This document shows positions 14,650 through 29,167 of a DNA stretch of 64,000 nucleotides, in pieces; within the stretch, counting starts at the first letter, position 1, and each line of letters starts with the position of its first letter. The notes under the pieces are model-generated. The model made no database searches. It saw only the letters and a program-made list of their open reading frames with translations, and was not told the origin of the DNA. The stretch is from the human T2T-CHM13v2.0 reference genome, Homo sapiens: NCBI RefSeq assembly GCF_009914755.1, contig NC_060931.1; one strand, given 5' to 3'. A program made the translations under genes and the position numbers.

Positions 14650-15030
14650 ATAAATAGGGGCTTTCCAGCGTCACTAAAGAAGTACACTTGCCAAAAATGT
14701 TAAACCTGTCATTTCTTTGGACCAGTTTACAGAAAATACAGGGTATAGAGGAACAAGTCAAACAACAGAATAAGCAACCAATTAAAAAAGAAAAAAAAAA
14801 AAAACAGAAAATGAGACCACCTACAAGTCCCAGTCTTTTCAATAAGCTGATATATTGAATAAAAGACAAGTTGAGGAAGGGAAACTTTAGCAAATTAAAA
14901 AAGATTTTAGAGACAAAACAACCAGATGAAATATATATTCCTTGAATGAATCCTGGTTTGAATAAACTAGCTATAAGACATAACTCTGGAGCCATTGCAG
15001 AAATTTAAATATGTACTGGATATTAGACAA
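14650..15030 (+). mobile_element. Old L1ME/MC 3' region fragment
   Basis: A-rich degenerate L1 3'-UTR motifs (aatcctggtttgaataaac, aaatttaaatatgtactggatattaga). Confidence 0.5.
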
Positions 15031-15034
15031 TAAA

Positions 15035-16152
15035 GATGTTCCCCTTTATCCTTGGTTTTGCTTTCTGAAGTTTCAGTTACTAGCCATCAACTATTGTCCA
15101 AAAACATTAAATGAAAAATTTGAGAAATAAACAATTCATGTTTTAAGTTGCATGCCATTGTGAGTAGCTTGATGAAATCTTGTGGCGTCTCACTTTGTCC
15201 TGCTCTGGACATGAATCACCCCTTTCTCCAGAAAATCCATGCCCTCTATGCCACATGCCCCTGAGTCACTTATAAGTCCTCTCAGTTATTGATCAACTGT
15301 CGCAGTATCTCAGTGCTTGTGTTCAATAATGCTTATGTTACTTCATAATGGCTCCAAAGTACAAGAGTAGTGATGCTGGCAATTTGGATATGCTAAAGAG
15401 AAGCCATAAAATGCTTCCTTTAAGTCAAAATGTGAAAGTTTTGCACTGATTAAGAAGAGAAAAAACATCATATGCTGAGGATGCTAAGTTCTAAGGTAAG
15501 AATTAACTTTCTATCTATGAAATTGTGCAGAAGGAGAAATTCATGCTAGTTTTGCTGTTGTACCTCAGACTCCAAAGGCGAAGCCACAGTGCTTGATCAG
15601 TGCTTAGTTAAGATGGAAAAGGTATTACATTTGTTGGTAGAAGACATGAATAGAAATGATGTTTGATTGATGGCACTGTGTTGAGCCAGAAAGCATCGAT
15701 CCTATATAAAGGAAGACTTTAGCAATGGGATCTCCTGAAACAAGTGACACGGAGCGATTTATTTCACATAAGGGGTGGTTACTAAGATTCAGGAACACAG
15801 AAGGTCAGTAGTAGCCTAACACTACATCACTACGTCACTTACCTCACTTCATATCATCGGATAGGCATTGTATCATCTCACATCATCACAAGAAGCAGTG
15901 TAAGTACAGTACAATAAGATATTTTGAGAGAGGGAGAGAGGGCACATTCCCATAACTTATTACAATATATTGTTCTAATTCTGTTTTGTTAATTATTGTT
16001 AATCCTTACTGTGTCTAATTTATACGTTAAACATAAGTATGTATGTACTTATAGGAAAACACATAGTATATATGGGGTTTGCTACCTTCTTTGGTTTCAG
16101 GCATCCACTGGAGGTCTTAGAACATATCTCCTATGGGTAAGGGAGGACTATA
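15035..16152 (+). mobile_element. Tigger7 / MER44-family internally deleted DNA transposon
   Basis: Both TIRs recognisable (ttcccctttatcc ... ggtaagggaggacta); decayed transposase N-terminus from ATG 15348 (MAPKYKSSDAGNLDMLKRSHKMLPLSQNVKVL). Confidence 0.9.
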
Positions 16153-16190
16153 TTTAAAAATTATTATTTTGTCACATTTGATAAAGATGT

Positions 16191-17091
16191 TGTGATAATT
16201 AAGTTTATGTCTCGACTGGGCTAAGGGATAGCTGATAAAACATTCTGTTTCTGTGAGGGTAATTCCAGAAGATATTAGCATTTGAATGTGTAAACTAAGT
16301 GAGGAAGATCACCCTTACCAATGGAGGTGGCCGTCACTCAATTCCTTGAGGGCTTGAATAGAACAAAAAGGTGGAGAAAGGTCAAATTTGCTCTATCTGC
16401 TTGAGCTGTGCCATCCGTCTTCTCCTGTCCTTGGACATTAGTTCTCTTGGTTCTCAGGCCCCTTTGAACTCCATTTCTCAGGCCTTTGGACTCTGTCTGG
16501 GTGCATTAGTCTATTCTCACATTGCTATAAAGAATTACCTGAGACTGAGTAATTTATAAAGAAAAGAGGCTTAATTGGCTCTTGGTTTCACAGGCTGTAT
16601 GGGAAGCATGGCTGGGGAGGCCTCATGAAACTTATAAACATGGTGCAAGGTGAAGAGGAAGGAGACATGCTTTACAAGGCCACAGCAGGAGGAAGACAGT
16701 GAAAGGGGCGGTGCTACACACTACAAACAACCAGATCTTGTAAGAACTCACTGTCACGAGAACAGCAAAGGGGAATTCTGCCCCATGATTCAATCACTTC
16801 CCACCAGGCCCCTCCTCCAACATTGGGGATTACAATTCAACATGAGATTTGGGTGGGGACACCAAACTATATCACTGGGACTTAACACTATTGGCTCACC
16901 TGCTTCTCAGGCCTTGGGGATTGAATGGAACTTCACCACTGGCTTTCCTGGGCCTCCAGCTTGTAGATACCAGATTGTGGAACTTCTCAGCCTTCATAAT
17001 AGTGAGCCAGTTTCTCATAATCAGTCTTTTTCTGTGTATGTATATATATATCCCATTGTCCTGGTTTCTCTGGAGAATTCCAATCTATACA
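16191..17091 (+). mobile_element. MLT2D-like solo LTR (ERVL), interrupted by MSTA
   Basis: tgtgataattaag...gactgggctaaggga...ggcttgaatagaacaaaaagg...tttctctggagaattccaatctataca. Confidence 0.85.
16502..16874 (-). mobile_element. MSTA solo LTR (MaLR), nested in MLT2
   Basis: tgcattagtc...gagatttgggtggggacaccaaactatatca; perfect 5-bp TSD ctggg (16497-16501 / 16875-16879). Confidence 0.93.
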
Positions 17092-17889
17092 AGTGTCACA
17101 GTCATATAGAAACATAGCTTACTTTCTAAATATATGTACCTTAATATTTAAAGATAAAATGTCATGATAAATGTAATTAAAACATGTAAGCAAAAAATAT
17201 CAATTAGATTGATGAAGCAAATATGGCATAGTATTTATTAATGATTAAATCTCAGTTTTAATTATATGGTTTCATTATACTATTTCATATCTAATTTTTT
17301 GAAAATGATAGTAAAATTAAAAAAGGCATACATAACCTTTCATAGTGCATTAATTATTTAGAATTTTTTGAATGAGAATAGGCTTTATATATAATCTAGA
17401 AAGTATGAGTTTTAGTAGCAAAGGATGTTTACCTTAATATTTAGAGATCTGCATTCAGGTAAAATCATGGATAAGAGTCTAGTCCAATTGCTTTTCACTC
17501 TCAAACCAGGATTTAGTCAAGGACTTTTCAATCCTATTTAAAATAAGAACAATAATCCTTGTCACCCTCCCATGTCAAAGGGGTGTTATAATGATGAATG
17601 AGCTCCAGGAATAGATTTAGCCTGCTGATATATTTGTAACCCATATGGCTACATCACCCTTTGACTTTTCTAAGAGGAATGGAAAATCGCTACATTTGGT
17701 ATGCCACAAATTAAATTTCTGTCAAGTTTGGCTTTAAAAACCACTCTTCTAGCACCTCAGGTTTTCATAAGCTGGCAAAGAATCTTCATAGGATCCCAAG
17801 GAGGTAACTAATGTTGTAACACTAGTAGTGAATGATTTTGTGTAAACTGAAATAAAACATTGTTGGCATTTGAAAAAGAACTACTTTTT

Positions 17890-18055
17890 CTTTTTAAAAA
17901 TAGCTTCATTAAAGTATAATTGACATAAAATCCTATATATATTTAATGTATGCAATTTGATAAGTTTGGGCACATGCATACACCCGTGAAACCATCACCA
18001 TAATCAAGCTAGTAAACAGTTCCATCACCTCCAAAAGTACACTTATCCCCCCTTT
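17890..18055 (-). mobile_element. Old L1M 3'-end fragment
   Basis: tagcttcattaaagtataattgacata...gtgaaaccatcaccataatcaag...tccatcacctccaaaag. Confidence 0.7.
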
Positions 18056-18078
18056 CAGAAAAAAAATATATGTATATA

Positions 18079-18367
<289 letters not shown>

Positions 18368-19724
18368 ATTTTTTTTAAATTGAATCAGCTTTAAAAATTA
18401 TTTGGCAGTGCTATGCACCCTATGTAAGTACTGAAACAACCAGAGATATTTAGTAGAGGGTCAATATTTTTAGTACTGATTACATCACAGCAGTAATAAG
18501 TTAATAAATAAAGTTGTACAGAAAATTATTACTTAGTTGTAAAATTCCTTAACTCCTAATATCAAAAGGTATTTATTAAGTACTTTATATGTGTATAAAT
18601 GTAGTGAAGATTAATCCAGTACATTTGCGTTAGAAACATAATTACACTGTAATCTAGTAGAGGATTTTTTTTAAGTTGTTCAATCCAGTTTAGATAATAT
18701 TTACCATAAATCTTTATCCCCCATGTCAGGTGGCATTTTCATAATAGCCTGTTTAGGAAAATTCAGCTATTTTTCTTTTGGAATTAATGTCTGTGGCTAG
18801 TCTTAGAGAAAATTCTTGGCTTTCTTTTCATTCAAAGAGAAAAATAGCCTGGGTATTTATTTATTCTTGATTCCATGAGCTGAGATTACATGGAGTGTAC
18901 CCTAGGTACAGGGTTTGAAAATTAAAGGTAGAGATATCCTAAGTACAAATGAACTTGGAACTGAAGAGTATCCTAAACATCCAAACAAAATGATAGAGTA
19001 AGAGAAATTAAATTTTATTCTACTCAAAAATGAGAGGTTTTCAACAGAGGTCAGATTGAGAACAATGATTAAGAAACAAAAGCAGAAGAGACAAGGGCTT
19101 TGTAAACTCCTCCTCACTCCGTCAGGGAGGGTGCTGTTTTGGGACTAAGGCTGTGCAGATGTCACTAGAGCTGAGCGCTATGTGTTAGTTGAGCTGAAAT
19201 ACAGTGTAATGGATAAATTTCTTGTACTTAGAATGTCCTGAGAGCAACCCACTTGTAAAAGAGGACCTCATATAAGGAATGTCCTCCTAGGAAAACAGTA
19301 TGTACCAATCAGGAGGCCTCTGGGTTCTGTGAAGAAAATATTTGGTAATTAATCATGCCTTGCAACAGGGTGAGAAGTTTTACTGAATGGTGGATCTCTG
19401 AATTGATATAATCTCAATGCTTACAGTCTTACTTTAGAAACTAAAGAAGTTTAAAAGGCCAAATTGAATAGTATTTGGCATGCAGCAACAAAGTCAGCAA
19501 TTGCTAAGTAGTGTGATCAATGCTTCCACTCCACAATTTCAGAAAAAGAATAATCATTATAGCATACACAGAATTGACAATAATCATAACCATAATAACT
19601 TCTACTTGGTTTATCTATCTGATATAAGGTAAGTAGAGATTTGGTTATGTTATAGTGCTTCTAGTTGTGACAGCATAACACAGATCAAAGAAATTTTTTA
19701 TAAAATTCATTGAATATTAAATAT

Positions 19725-20429
<705 letters not shown>

Positions 20430-20524
20430 AACATTTACTAGTGGGTGGAAACAACATATCAGCAAACATCCCTAAATGATAATAATATTTTCGTTGCAGT
20501 TACAACAATGCTTACATTTGCATG

Positions 20525-21870
20525 TATAACTTAGGAACACATTCAGATGAAAGTCAGAAATCCTGACTTAAGGTGACTTAAAAGAGAATTTATGCTTATA
20601 TATTTTTTTCATGTAGCAATTATATCTGAAAATAAGAGCTGTGATACATGAAAAAATGCTCATCATTACTGGCCATCAGAGAAATGCAAATCAAAACCAC
20701 AATGAGATACCATCTCACACCAGTTAGAATGGCGATCATTAAAACGCCAGGAAACAACAGGTGCTGGAGAGGATGTGGAGAAATAGGAGCACCTTTACAC
20801 TGTTGGTGGAACTGTAAACTAGTTCAACCATTGTGGAAGACAGTGTGGCGATTCCTCAAGGATCTAGAACTAGAAATACCATTTGACCCAGCCATCCCAT
20901 TACTGGGTATATACCCAAAGGATTATAAATCATGCTGCTATAAAGACACATGCACACTTGTGTTTATTGTGGCACTATTCACAATAGCAAAGACTTGGAA
21001 CCAACCCATATGTCCAACAGTGATAGACTGGATTAAGAAAATGTGGCACATATACACCATGGAATACTATGCAGCCTTAAAAAAGGATGAGTTCATGTCC
21101 TTTGTAGGGACATGGATGAAGTTGGAAACCATCATTCTGAGCAAACTATCACAAGGACAGAAAACCAAACACTGCATGTTCTTACTCACAGGTGGGAATT
21201 GAACAGTGAGAACACTTGGACCCAGGGTGGGGAACATCACACACTGGGGCCTGCCATGGGGTTGGGGGAAGGGGGAGGGATAGCATTATGAGATGTACCT
21301 AATGTAAATGACAAGTCAATGGGTGCAGCACACCAACCTGGCACATGTATACCTCTGTAACAAACCTGCACGTTGTGCACATGTAACCTAGAGCTTAAAG
21401 TATAATAACAACAATAATAATAAAGAATTCTGGTAAAAAAAAAAAACAAGAGCTGTGATAATGGTTACTATGTGCAACGACATCAGGAGAGGTATCTCCA
21501 CAATTTTCTTGGTCTTTTCCTTATGATGGCAAGATGGCTGCTCCAACTGTAGAAATCATGACCGTATTTAGAATATAAAAAAGGAGAGCCATGTTGCCCC
21601 AAACATACCCATCTCCTTTAGTAGGCAAGCTAAAGATTTCCAAGAAATATCCCTACTGAACTTTTCCTTATGTCGGTGAGCTAGAACTGAGTCACATGAT
21701 CAGTTGTAGCTGTAAGAAAAGAAATATCTTGTGTCTGACAATGGGAAGCAGGATTATCATGCTTAGTTTGGATTAATCATAATTCATTGCTAGGGGCTTC
21801 GTATATTACTGCTCTGAATATAACCAAATTTCTGGTATCAAGGAAGGGCAGAGAAAACGGAGATATTGCT
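20525..21870. mobile_element. Old MLT1-type (K/L-like) MaLR LTR, split by the L1PA insertion
   Basis: gcaagatggctgctcca, ctagaactgagtcacatg, ttggattaatcataattc motifs on both sides of the L1 TSD. Confidence 0.5.
20647..21447 (+). mobile_element. L1PA (L1PA5-like), 5'-truncated: ORF2 C-terminus plus 3' UTR
   Basis: ORF 20648..21202 is the ORF2p C-terminal cysteine-rich domain (CWRGCGE...HCWW); 3' UTR; TSD aagagctgtgata (20634-20646 / 21448-21460). Confidence 0.98.
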
Positions 21871-22092
21871 GAATAGGTAAGAGAATGCCATGGTTTCCTC
21901 AAATATCCGCTATATGTAGAAGGTCATTTTATGCTTATTCAACACAAAATCTTAGGCATATATGCCAAGCATGGTAGTACGTAATCTGTTAGGTAGCTAA
22001 AATATATGCAAAATAATGTTAGAGATAAAATACATTTTAAAAGTACTGGTTTACATAGTCTAGAGAATTAAAACGTAAGAGTTTATTTGAAC

Positions 22093-22380
22093 ATTTTTAA
22101 ATTTTGTTTTACTGTAAGTTCTGGGATACAAGTGCAGAACGTGTAGGTTTGTTCCATAGGTATATGTGTGCCATGGTGGTTTGCTGCACCCATCAACCTG
22201 TCATCTAGGTTTTAAGTCCCGCATGCATTAGTTATTTGTCCTAATGCTCTCCCTCCCCTCACCCCTATCCCCCTCCCCTGCCCCGACTGTCATGGTGTGT
22301 GTTGTTCCCCTCCCTCTGTCCATGTGTTCTCATTGTTCATCTCCTTCTTATGAGTGAGAACGTGCAGTGTTTGGTTTTCT
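22093..22380 (-). mobile_element. L1PA8-like 3'-end fragment
   Basis: taagttctgggatacaagtgcagaacgtg...catctaggttttaagtcccgcatgcattag; TSD tatttgaac. Confidence 0.9.
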
Positions 22381-23994
22381 ATTTGAACTTTTTTATGTTT
22401 GTGTTTATATAACTCCTGTGCTATGTAAAGGAAAATATCTAAAAACTATAAAACAACCATCGAATTAATATGATCAGAAAACCAATGTAGTACAATAAAA
22501 ACAACAATGGCATAGTAGTTAAAATATACAAAATTCTGTAATATCCACCACTAGTGAGTGGTATGACTTTGGACAACTTCTGTTTCCTGCCTGGTGTTTG
22601 GTTTCTTATTGATAAGTTGTATCTCTGGAGTTCTAATTAACTCACTCTAAAACTCATGATGCTAATTAAATAGATATAAGGCCTGACCTAGATTTGATTA
22701 TCATATATGATTCTGTTGTTTAAAATTAAAAGATGATTAAACATATTCTTTTACGGCTTAAATAAAAAATTATATGTTAAAGTTACTATTGAACTTAATA
22801 AATTATAATTGAACTTATATTAATAAGCCACATTAAACTTATTTTGTACTTCAAAAATATTTTTAGTGTAGCTTATTATGAACACTCAACTCTATAGAAG
22901 AAATTCTCTATATATTAAACTGAGACTTGCCAAATATTTAGTTGTTTTCATGTCTTAAAATATACCTGTTGTGAAAACAAAACAAGAAGATAAATATTAT
23001 AAATTTAATTTATTTAGCATATCATACAATTATAAAATGATTATAGTTTTCCAAAACTAGAAATATTACACCTAAATTTTAATAATTTTCTTGTAGTTGT
23101 ACTATGTTTTCAAAAAATATAGCAGATTTTGTGAAATTATCCATTAGTATTTTTTATACTTTTCTTACACTTAGGATTCAAAAATGTAGTATATGAGTCA
23201 CTCTACATTTGTTACATTAATTAATTATGGCTAGGAAATATTTTGTTGCATTTCTAGAAGATATTTTTTCTTCCTGCACTCTCTGCCTGTTATCTGCATT
23301 GTGTGTATATAGTAGTTACATTTGAAAACCCATTTATAGTACGGGTTATAGTTGAAAATGTTCTTGTAGTTTAGCAACATTGGCATTATTTTCTAATGTC
23401 AAAAATATAAATAATGAATAAGGTGGAAGGAGTTGAATGAGAAGGCAACTTTAAAGTTCAGGGGTAAAAAAAATTATGTCTAATTTTATAAGTACAAGCA
23501 TTGTGGCTTGTTCAATCAGTGCATTCAAATATATTTCCTGAAATTTTTAAGTTGTGCTTAATCAAATGGCTGTGGAAATAGCCCTTGAGCAAAACTATAT
23601 GCAGCTTTTAAAATTAAGTCCTTAAAGCTATAGAGTCTAACAAGTAACCTTTAGTCAGCAAAGTTAGGAAATATTTGACACCTGGGAATTTTCTTTTGGC
23701 ATTATTAGGGTTACAGGTATAGTCAAAATATTCATGTCAGAAAGATTTTTCAATGAAAATTCCAGATGTTTGACAAATGTGTTGCCTTCTAATCCTCTTT
23801 AGACATATGCTATACGTCCATTCTTCCCAAGAATTTCTCTTAAAAAAATACGTTAGCGTCAGTAACTACCTTGACCTAACAAATGATGGATAGAGATCAT
23901 TTAGAATTTTCAGAAATAAAGAAATGTTGAACAGTATACCTATAACTGACAATTTTGGAAATACTATTTTCATCTCTTCTTAGTGGCATATTGC

Positions 23995-24910
23995 TGTGGA
24001 TATTTGTCATTCTTTTGTCTGCCTGGCACCTATCTTTCAAATATTTCTCATCTTTGAGTTTTGGTAAGATGCAATGCCTCTCACCAGATGTCTGACACTT
24101 GATTTCCCAGATGTCATGCTAGGTAGGGTGTGGACCAATGACTTAGACTTCAACTTTTCTGACTCACTTGGCACAGACATCAAATCAGGAGTTGGTGATG
24201 CAAGGAGTGCCAGAACTCCTTTCTGTTGGAGGTTGCAGAAAGATTCAGTTCCTAGCGAATCAATGTCTGTGCTGCTAATGGTGGCATCTAAAATCTAGTA
24301 CTGTCCATTATTAGTAATGCAAGCTGCCTTATGCCATCCTAAGAGGTGACTTGATCGGGTCTTCACTAGACAGTTCTGAAATATAATTTTGAGAGTTATT
24401 CCTGGTTTTATAACTCTGACACTTGTTTGTTAGTCCACTTGGTGCTTGGTGCTTGTGGTGGCCATGAGAATGTTTCTCACAGACCTCCAACTATTAAAAG
24501 CTTAACTGAGCAAGGGTATAGCTGATATGCTCTGAATTCATTACTGAATTTGTCCTTGCTTTCCAAAAAGGCTGCATCGAATCAGTGACTGAACTCAGCA
24601 ACAATGGGTCGTCTGTTGGCCCAAGCTTTCTTTAGCCTGTATTCAGAATCCCCCATTTGATCTTTCCCCTTCTGTCCTTCACAGGCATGGAATTGCTGCA
24701 AGGTCTGATGGCTCTCCAAGCTGACCCAGATCCCTTCCTATTTTATTTAAAGGGATATTTTCCCTAATGAAATACTTGAACTTTTAATCCTGGTGTCTCC
24801 TTCTTGGAGGACAGAAACTAGCACAGAGATCCTGTGATTGAACACACATTTTTTAAACACATTTCTTTTCTGCTTAAGTAAGCCAGTGTTGGGTTTTGCT
24901 ACTTTCAGAG
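23995..24910. mobile_element. Old ERVL-class LTR remnants (LTR16-like at about 24454-24825, nested in an older LTR)
   Basis: tgtggtggccatg...ccctaatgaaatacttgaac...tctccttcttggaggacagaaactagcaca, plus an LTR-type end cttttctgcttaagtaagccagtgttggg. Confidence 0.5.
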
Positions 24911-25309
24911 CATTGAGGGATATATATGCATTGTAGGACCCTTAAAAAAATGATGTTAATTACTTCTGAGTATGACTGTAGTCACCCCTCCTTGCCCTGA
25001 CATTTTAATTTAATCAGGCATATATTAACATATCAGTGAAATAATATTCACTTAAAAGTATCCAAATAAAGACCAAAAATTATACAAATGTTCTGGTCTG
25101 TTTTAAATGTGAAGTACAATGTACAAAAATTTACCATGTCCCTTTCTACAAAAAGGGTTTCTTGGATGAGAACACATTACTTACTTATTGAACAATTAAA
25201 TTTCTTCTTTAAGGATGACTTATCATGGAACAATATGTAATGTAGACAGTGTATGTAAATGGAATATTTCAATAGAAAAAGTCGAAACAGTAAGGTACAG
25301 TGTGCTTTT

Positions 25310-26840
25310 GTTTCTTTTTTATTAAGGTACATAACAAAATGAGCAGACTTGGTATAAAGTTTGAAGAGTTTTGACAAATGAATGCATCTTTGTGACCAAT
25401 TAAACATGTAAGACTTTTCCATTACACTAAGTTCCCAGAGACACTTTCCAATTTATCTACATTTCCCCAGGGTAACTTGTGATTTCCATTGCTATAGTTT
25501 ATATAGAGTTGTCTAGAATAGTCTGCAGACCGAAAAATTTATACAAATGAAATCAAACAGCACATCTTCTTTTGTGTCTGACTGCTTGAGGTCAACAAAA
25601 TGTCATTGATAGTCAGCCATAGTGTTGCATATATCAGCAGTTTAATCTTTTTATTCATGAGTAATATTCAATTTTATGAATACACCAATTTGTTTAGCCA
25701 CTTTCCTTTTACAGAAATTTGGATAGTTTGCAGTTTTTGTAGATTATGATTAAAACTACTGTGAACATTCTTGTAGAAGCAATTTTGTGGACATGTTTTC
25801 ATTTTTCTTGGGTAATTACATAGGGATATGTCTTATGACAGACGAATTACTGTGACTTGGGATAAATGTGGGTTCAACTTTGTATTAGAAATGTATGAAT
25901 TATTTTCCAATGTGATTGGACAATTTTCTGTCTACACCAGTAATGTATAAGAATTGTAGTTGCCCCACATCTATTTTTTCCCTTTGGGCCTCCGTTCTGT
26001 GTTTTAAATTTCTATGTATTCTAAATGTATTCCATCCTATCTCTTTTATTATCTTTTTAGCTATCTTTCTTTATATTGTTTTATAGTGGTTATTGCAGGA
26101 GTTGCAGTATACATTCCTATCTTATTACGGCCTGTCTTACGGCCTATCTTATTACGGCCTGTACCCCTTTGTGTACAAGGTAAGAATCTTACAGCATTAT
26201 AATAATTACATATTTTACTGTCTTGCTATTATTTTTATATATGTTACTTCTTCATTTGTTATAAACTTCATAACATATGGCTATTATTTTTGCATCTTAA
26301 TTTTCATCTGGTTTCAGATTGCCTTAATCTTTAGGCAAAAATGCTCTTGGCTTGTATAATACAAATATTTTTGCCTCTCCTTCATTAAACAAAAAAAAAC
26401 CCAAGAGAATTGTACGTAGAAAGATATGTACATATCCAAAGTGTTCAATTTGATGAGCTTGACAAATGGAGACATGCATGTAACCAATGGTCAACTCAAA
26501 ATATAGAACATTTCCAAATCCCTAGGAATTCACTTTGTGCCTCCATTTAGTCAATTTCTATACCTCATCAGGTTTCTCAGACTCAAGAGACTGTTGCTTT
26601 CTTTTCGAGTTCTATTCAACCGGTGCCACAGGACTAGAGTTTTCCCACAAGGGAAAGGTCATAAATATGTGGATCTCATCCGGGGAGATTCTTTACTTTT
26701 AAGGGTGAATCCTCTGTGATCCCTACCTGATTTTCACTGTACACCAGAGACTTCAAAATGTTTTATTTTCATTAGTCCGTGTGTGGTTTCTCATTGTCAG
26801 CTGTTAGAGAGTTAGTCTGTTGCATTACCAGAACTAGAGA
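25310..26840 (-). mobile_element. Old L1ME/MC fragments
   Basis: Antisense L1 3'-UTR/ORF2-end motifs (tgtgaacattcttgta, cagtaatgtataagaattgtagttgccccacatc). Confidence 0.65.
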
Positions 26841-27974
26841 TCCTGTGGGGTAGTTTTTATTTATCCTGCTGAAAGATAAAACAGATATACTGTAGTTAGA
26901 GATATTTGATTGTGTGTAATCAGAAATGACATTTAAGAGTGGTGTTTCGAGGAAAAAAAGCATGCTTTCAAATAACAGGAGAAGAGATGACAGAAGAGGA
27001 GTAAACAATACAGGTCGGGCAAATATTTCCCTAAGCTAGCCCTAAACAAATATTTCTTCAATCCCCTCGGTCCTTCATTTACTAAATATCTCCTGAGTGA
27101 CTCGTCACTCATTTGTGTATACAAAACTCTCAAAATTTGAAGACAATTTAGAATATCATTAGCACAAGAATGGCTATGGTAATATGCTATTCCCCTTCTA
27201 TTTACTGCACCCAGTGGTTTCTAGGGTATTTGGAGGGAAGTCTAATAAAACAATTTTGGGTAGAGTCAAAAAGAAGTCAACACAAAATGGTTGTGTTAAA
27301 GCAGAGATATGCCAAAAAAAAAAAAAGTATCCTTTCTAACCAGATCATCCTCCTCTGCACCCAATTAAAGATTTTACTATGTAACACGTATCTTTAAAAT
27401 GTTCTTCCTCCATTGTCTTATTCTGGCATTTTTCTCTGCTTATTTTATTTTCTCCCAAAACACTTGGGGAATGCTTTCTTTGCTCTTGATATGTAAAAAT
27501 TCTAAGGTATATCTATTCAAGGATTTTGTGATGTAGTTGTTTGGGAGATAGTGAAACTTTTCCCTCTTATGCTTAAATTTGATTTAAGTCCAAAAATGTT
27601 GTCTTAAGTTATCTAAAATAATTTTTATATGTGTGATTATAATTTCTCTAATAAAAATATCTATATCTATAATTCTAAAGTTTGGTATCCAATCCCTGTC
27701 CCTCTAAATCCCCAGCCCCTCCAAATAGCATCCTGTCTTTTTGTTCTTGCTTTCTGAGAGAATTTCTTATTTGTTCTACATGATATAAGTTTAATGTTTT
27801 GCCATTTGTTTAGGCAATTTTGCCTATTTTCAGTTCAGATTTCGGTTTTTCTCTTCAGCTTTAAATTTCTGATATCATCAATTTCCCTTTGCAGCACATG
27901 CTATTTTTTCTTCAGGACTTTTGGCTCTTGTCTTATGAAGGTCAAGTCTTTTATGCTAGTGATGATTGATAAAA

Positions 27975-28500
27975 ATTAACAAATACTTAGGAACTGGTAT
28001 TACTTGCTAGACACTGTATTCTCCACTGAGTATAAAATAGTGAACTTGCAGTCTACTAGGGAGAAAGAGACATCAATAAAACAGAAACAAAAGCATGATT
28101 CTGAATACTAAGTGCAAGCTCTTGGGAGAAGCTACAATGTGAGAGAGCAATTATTAATGAGTCTAACAAATACAATTTATCTCAGAAATTTTAAAATGAG
28201 TTAATAGCAGAAAATGTTTCAAAGTAGATCTGACCTTAACAGCATAAAAGCCTAGAATGACCAAGAAACAACTAGAAAGCCAGGTAGTGTTATAGTATAC
28301 AGGAAAGGAGTAGAAGAAAAGATAAGAGAGGTCAAGGGAAGGAGAGCAGATCAGGAGAGGGCTTGTAGGAAATTGTAAAAACTGACTTTTACTCCAAGGG
28401 ACATGTTAAGCCTTTGGAGTGTTTTGAAGAGGGAAAGTGACATGATCTGACTTCTGTTTTTAAAAGGTCACTCTGCTCTTTAGGAATGGAGGAGCAGGAG
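27975..28500 (-). mobile_element. L2 3' fragment
   Basis: ttaacaaatacttag...ctagacactgt...ggagtgttttgaagagggaaagtgacatgatctgac...aaaggtcactctg. Confidence 0.75.
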
Positions 28501-29167
28501 TGGAAGATGATCATTATGATTTTTTAATGTTGCTGAGATCTTTTGCTGAAGTTTTGTTTAACATTTTTTCCATTCACTTTCATCAGTAAGATTAGTTTAA
28601 TATGACTGTCCAGTGCTGCCTTTGTCTAGTTTGATCTCATCCTAGATTTGGTGAGTAGGAGTCACTGTAAGCTGGCTCCTGGGTCCTTTTGACATGTCCC
28701 TCTCACTCCTGGAACATTCTTATTCTGTGGCACTTCAAGATGTGCTAGGCTTGTCCTGTACTTTTCTAGCCACATCCCTGGAAACAGCAATTATTCCCCA
28801 AAACCATAGTTCTTAGTAGGTGAGATAGTACTTAGAAACCAAGGTTTTAACATGAGGTGGTTTATATTGTTGAGTCTTTTTTTGTAATTTATTTTTTCCA
28901 AAAAAACTTATATTTATAACTAAATGTTCAAATTTATTGACAAATGTGTTCATTTGGATGATTCTTTTATGTTTCTTAAAAATATTTATCTTACCTTTAT
29001 TTCTTAAAGAATTTTAACTAGGCCTTTAAAATAACATTCTAAAAGAAACAGGTTTGAGTTTTGATCAACTCTTCTTTTTGAGGTCTTCATTTGTTTTTTA
29101 TTTTAGTAATTTCTGCTTTCATCTTAATTTTCTCAAATTTATTTTGTGTTGATCATATTTATCTTCA

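Noticed and set aside
16650-17117. 155-aa ORF
   Set aside because: It lies entirely in nested MSTA/MLT2 LTR sequence, has a non-ATG start and shows no recognisable domain.
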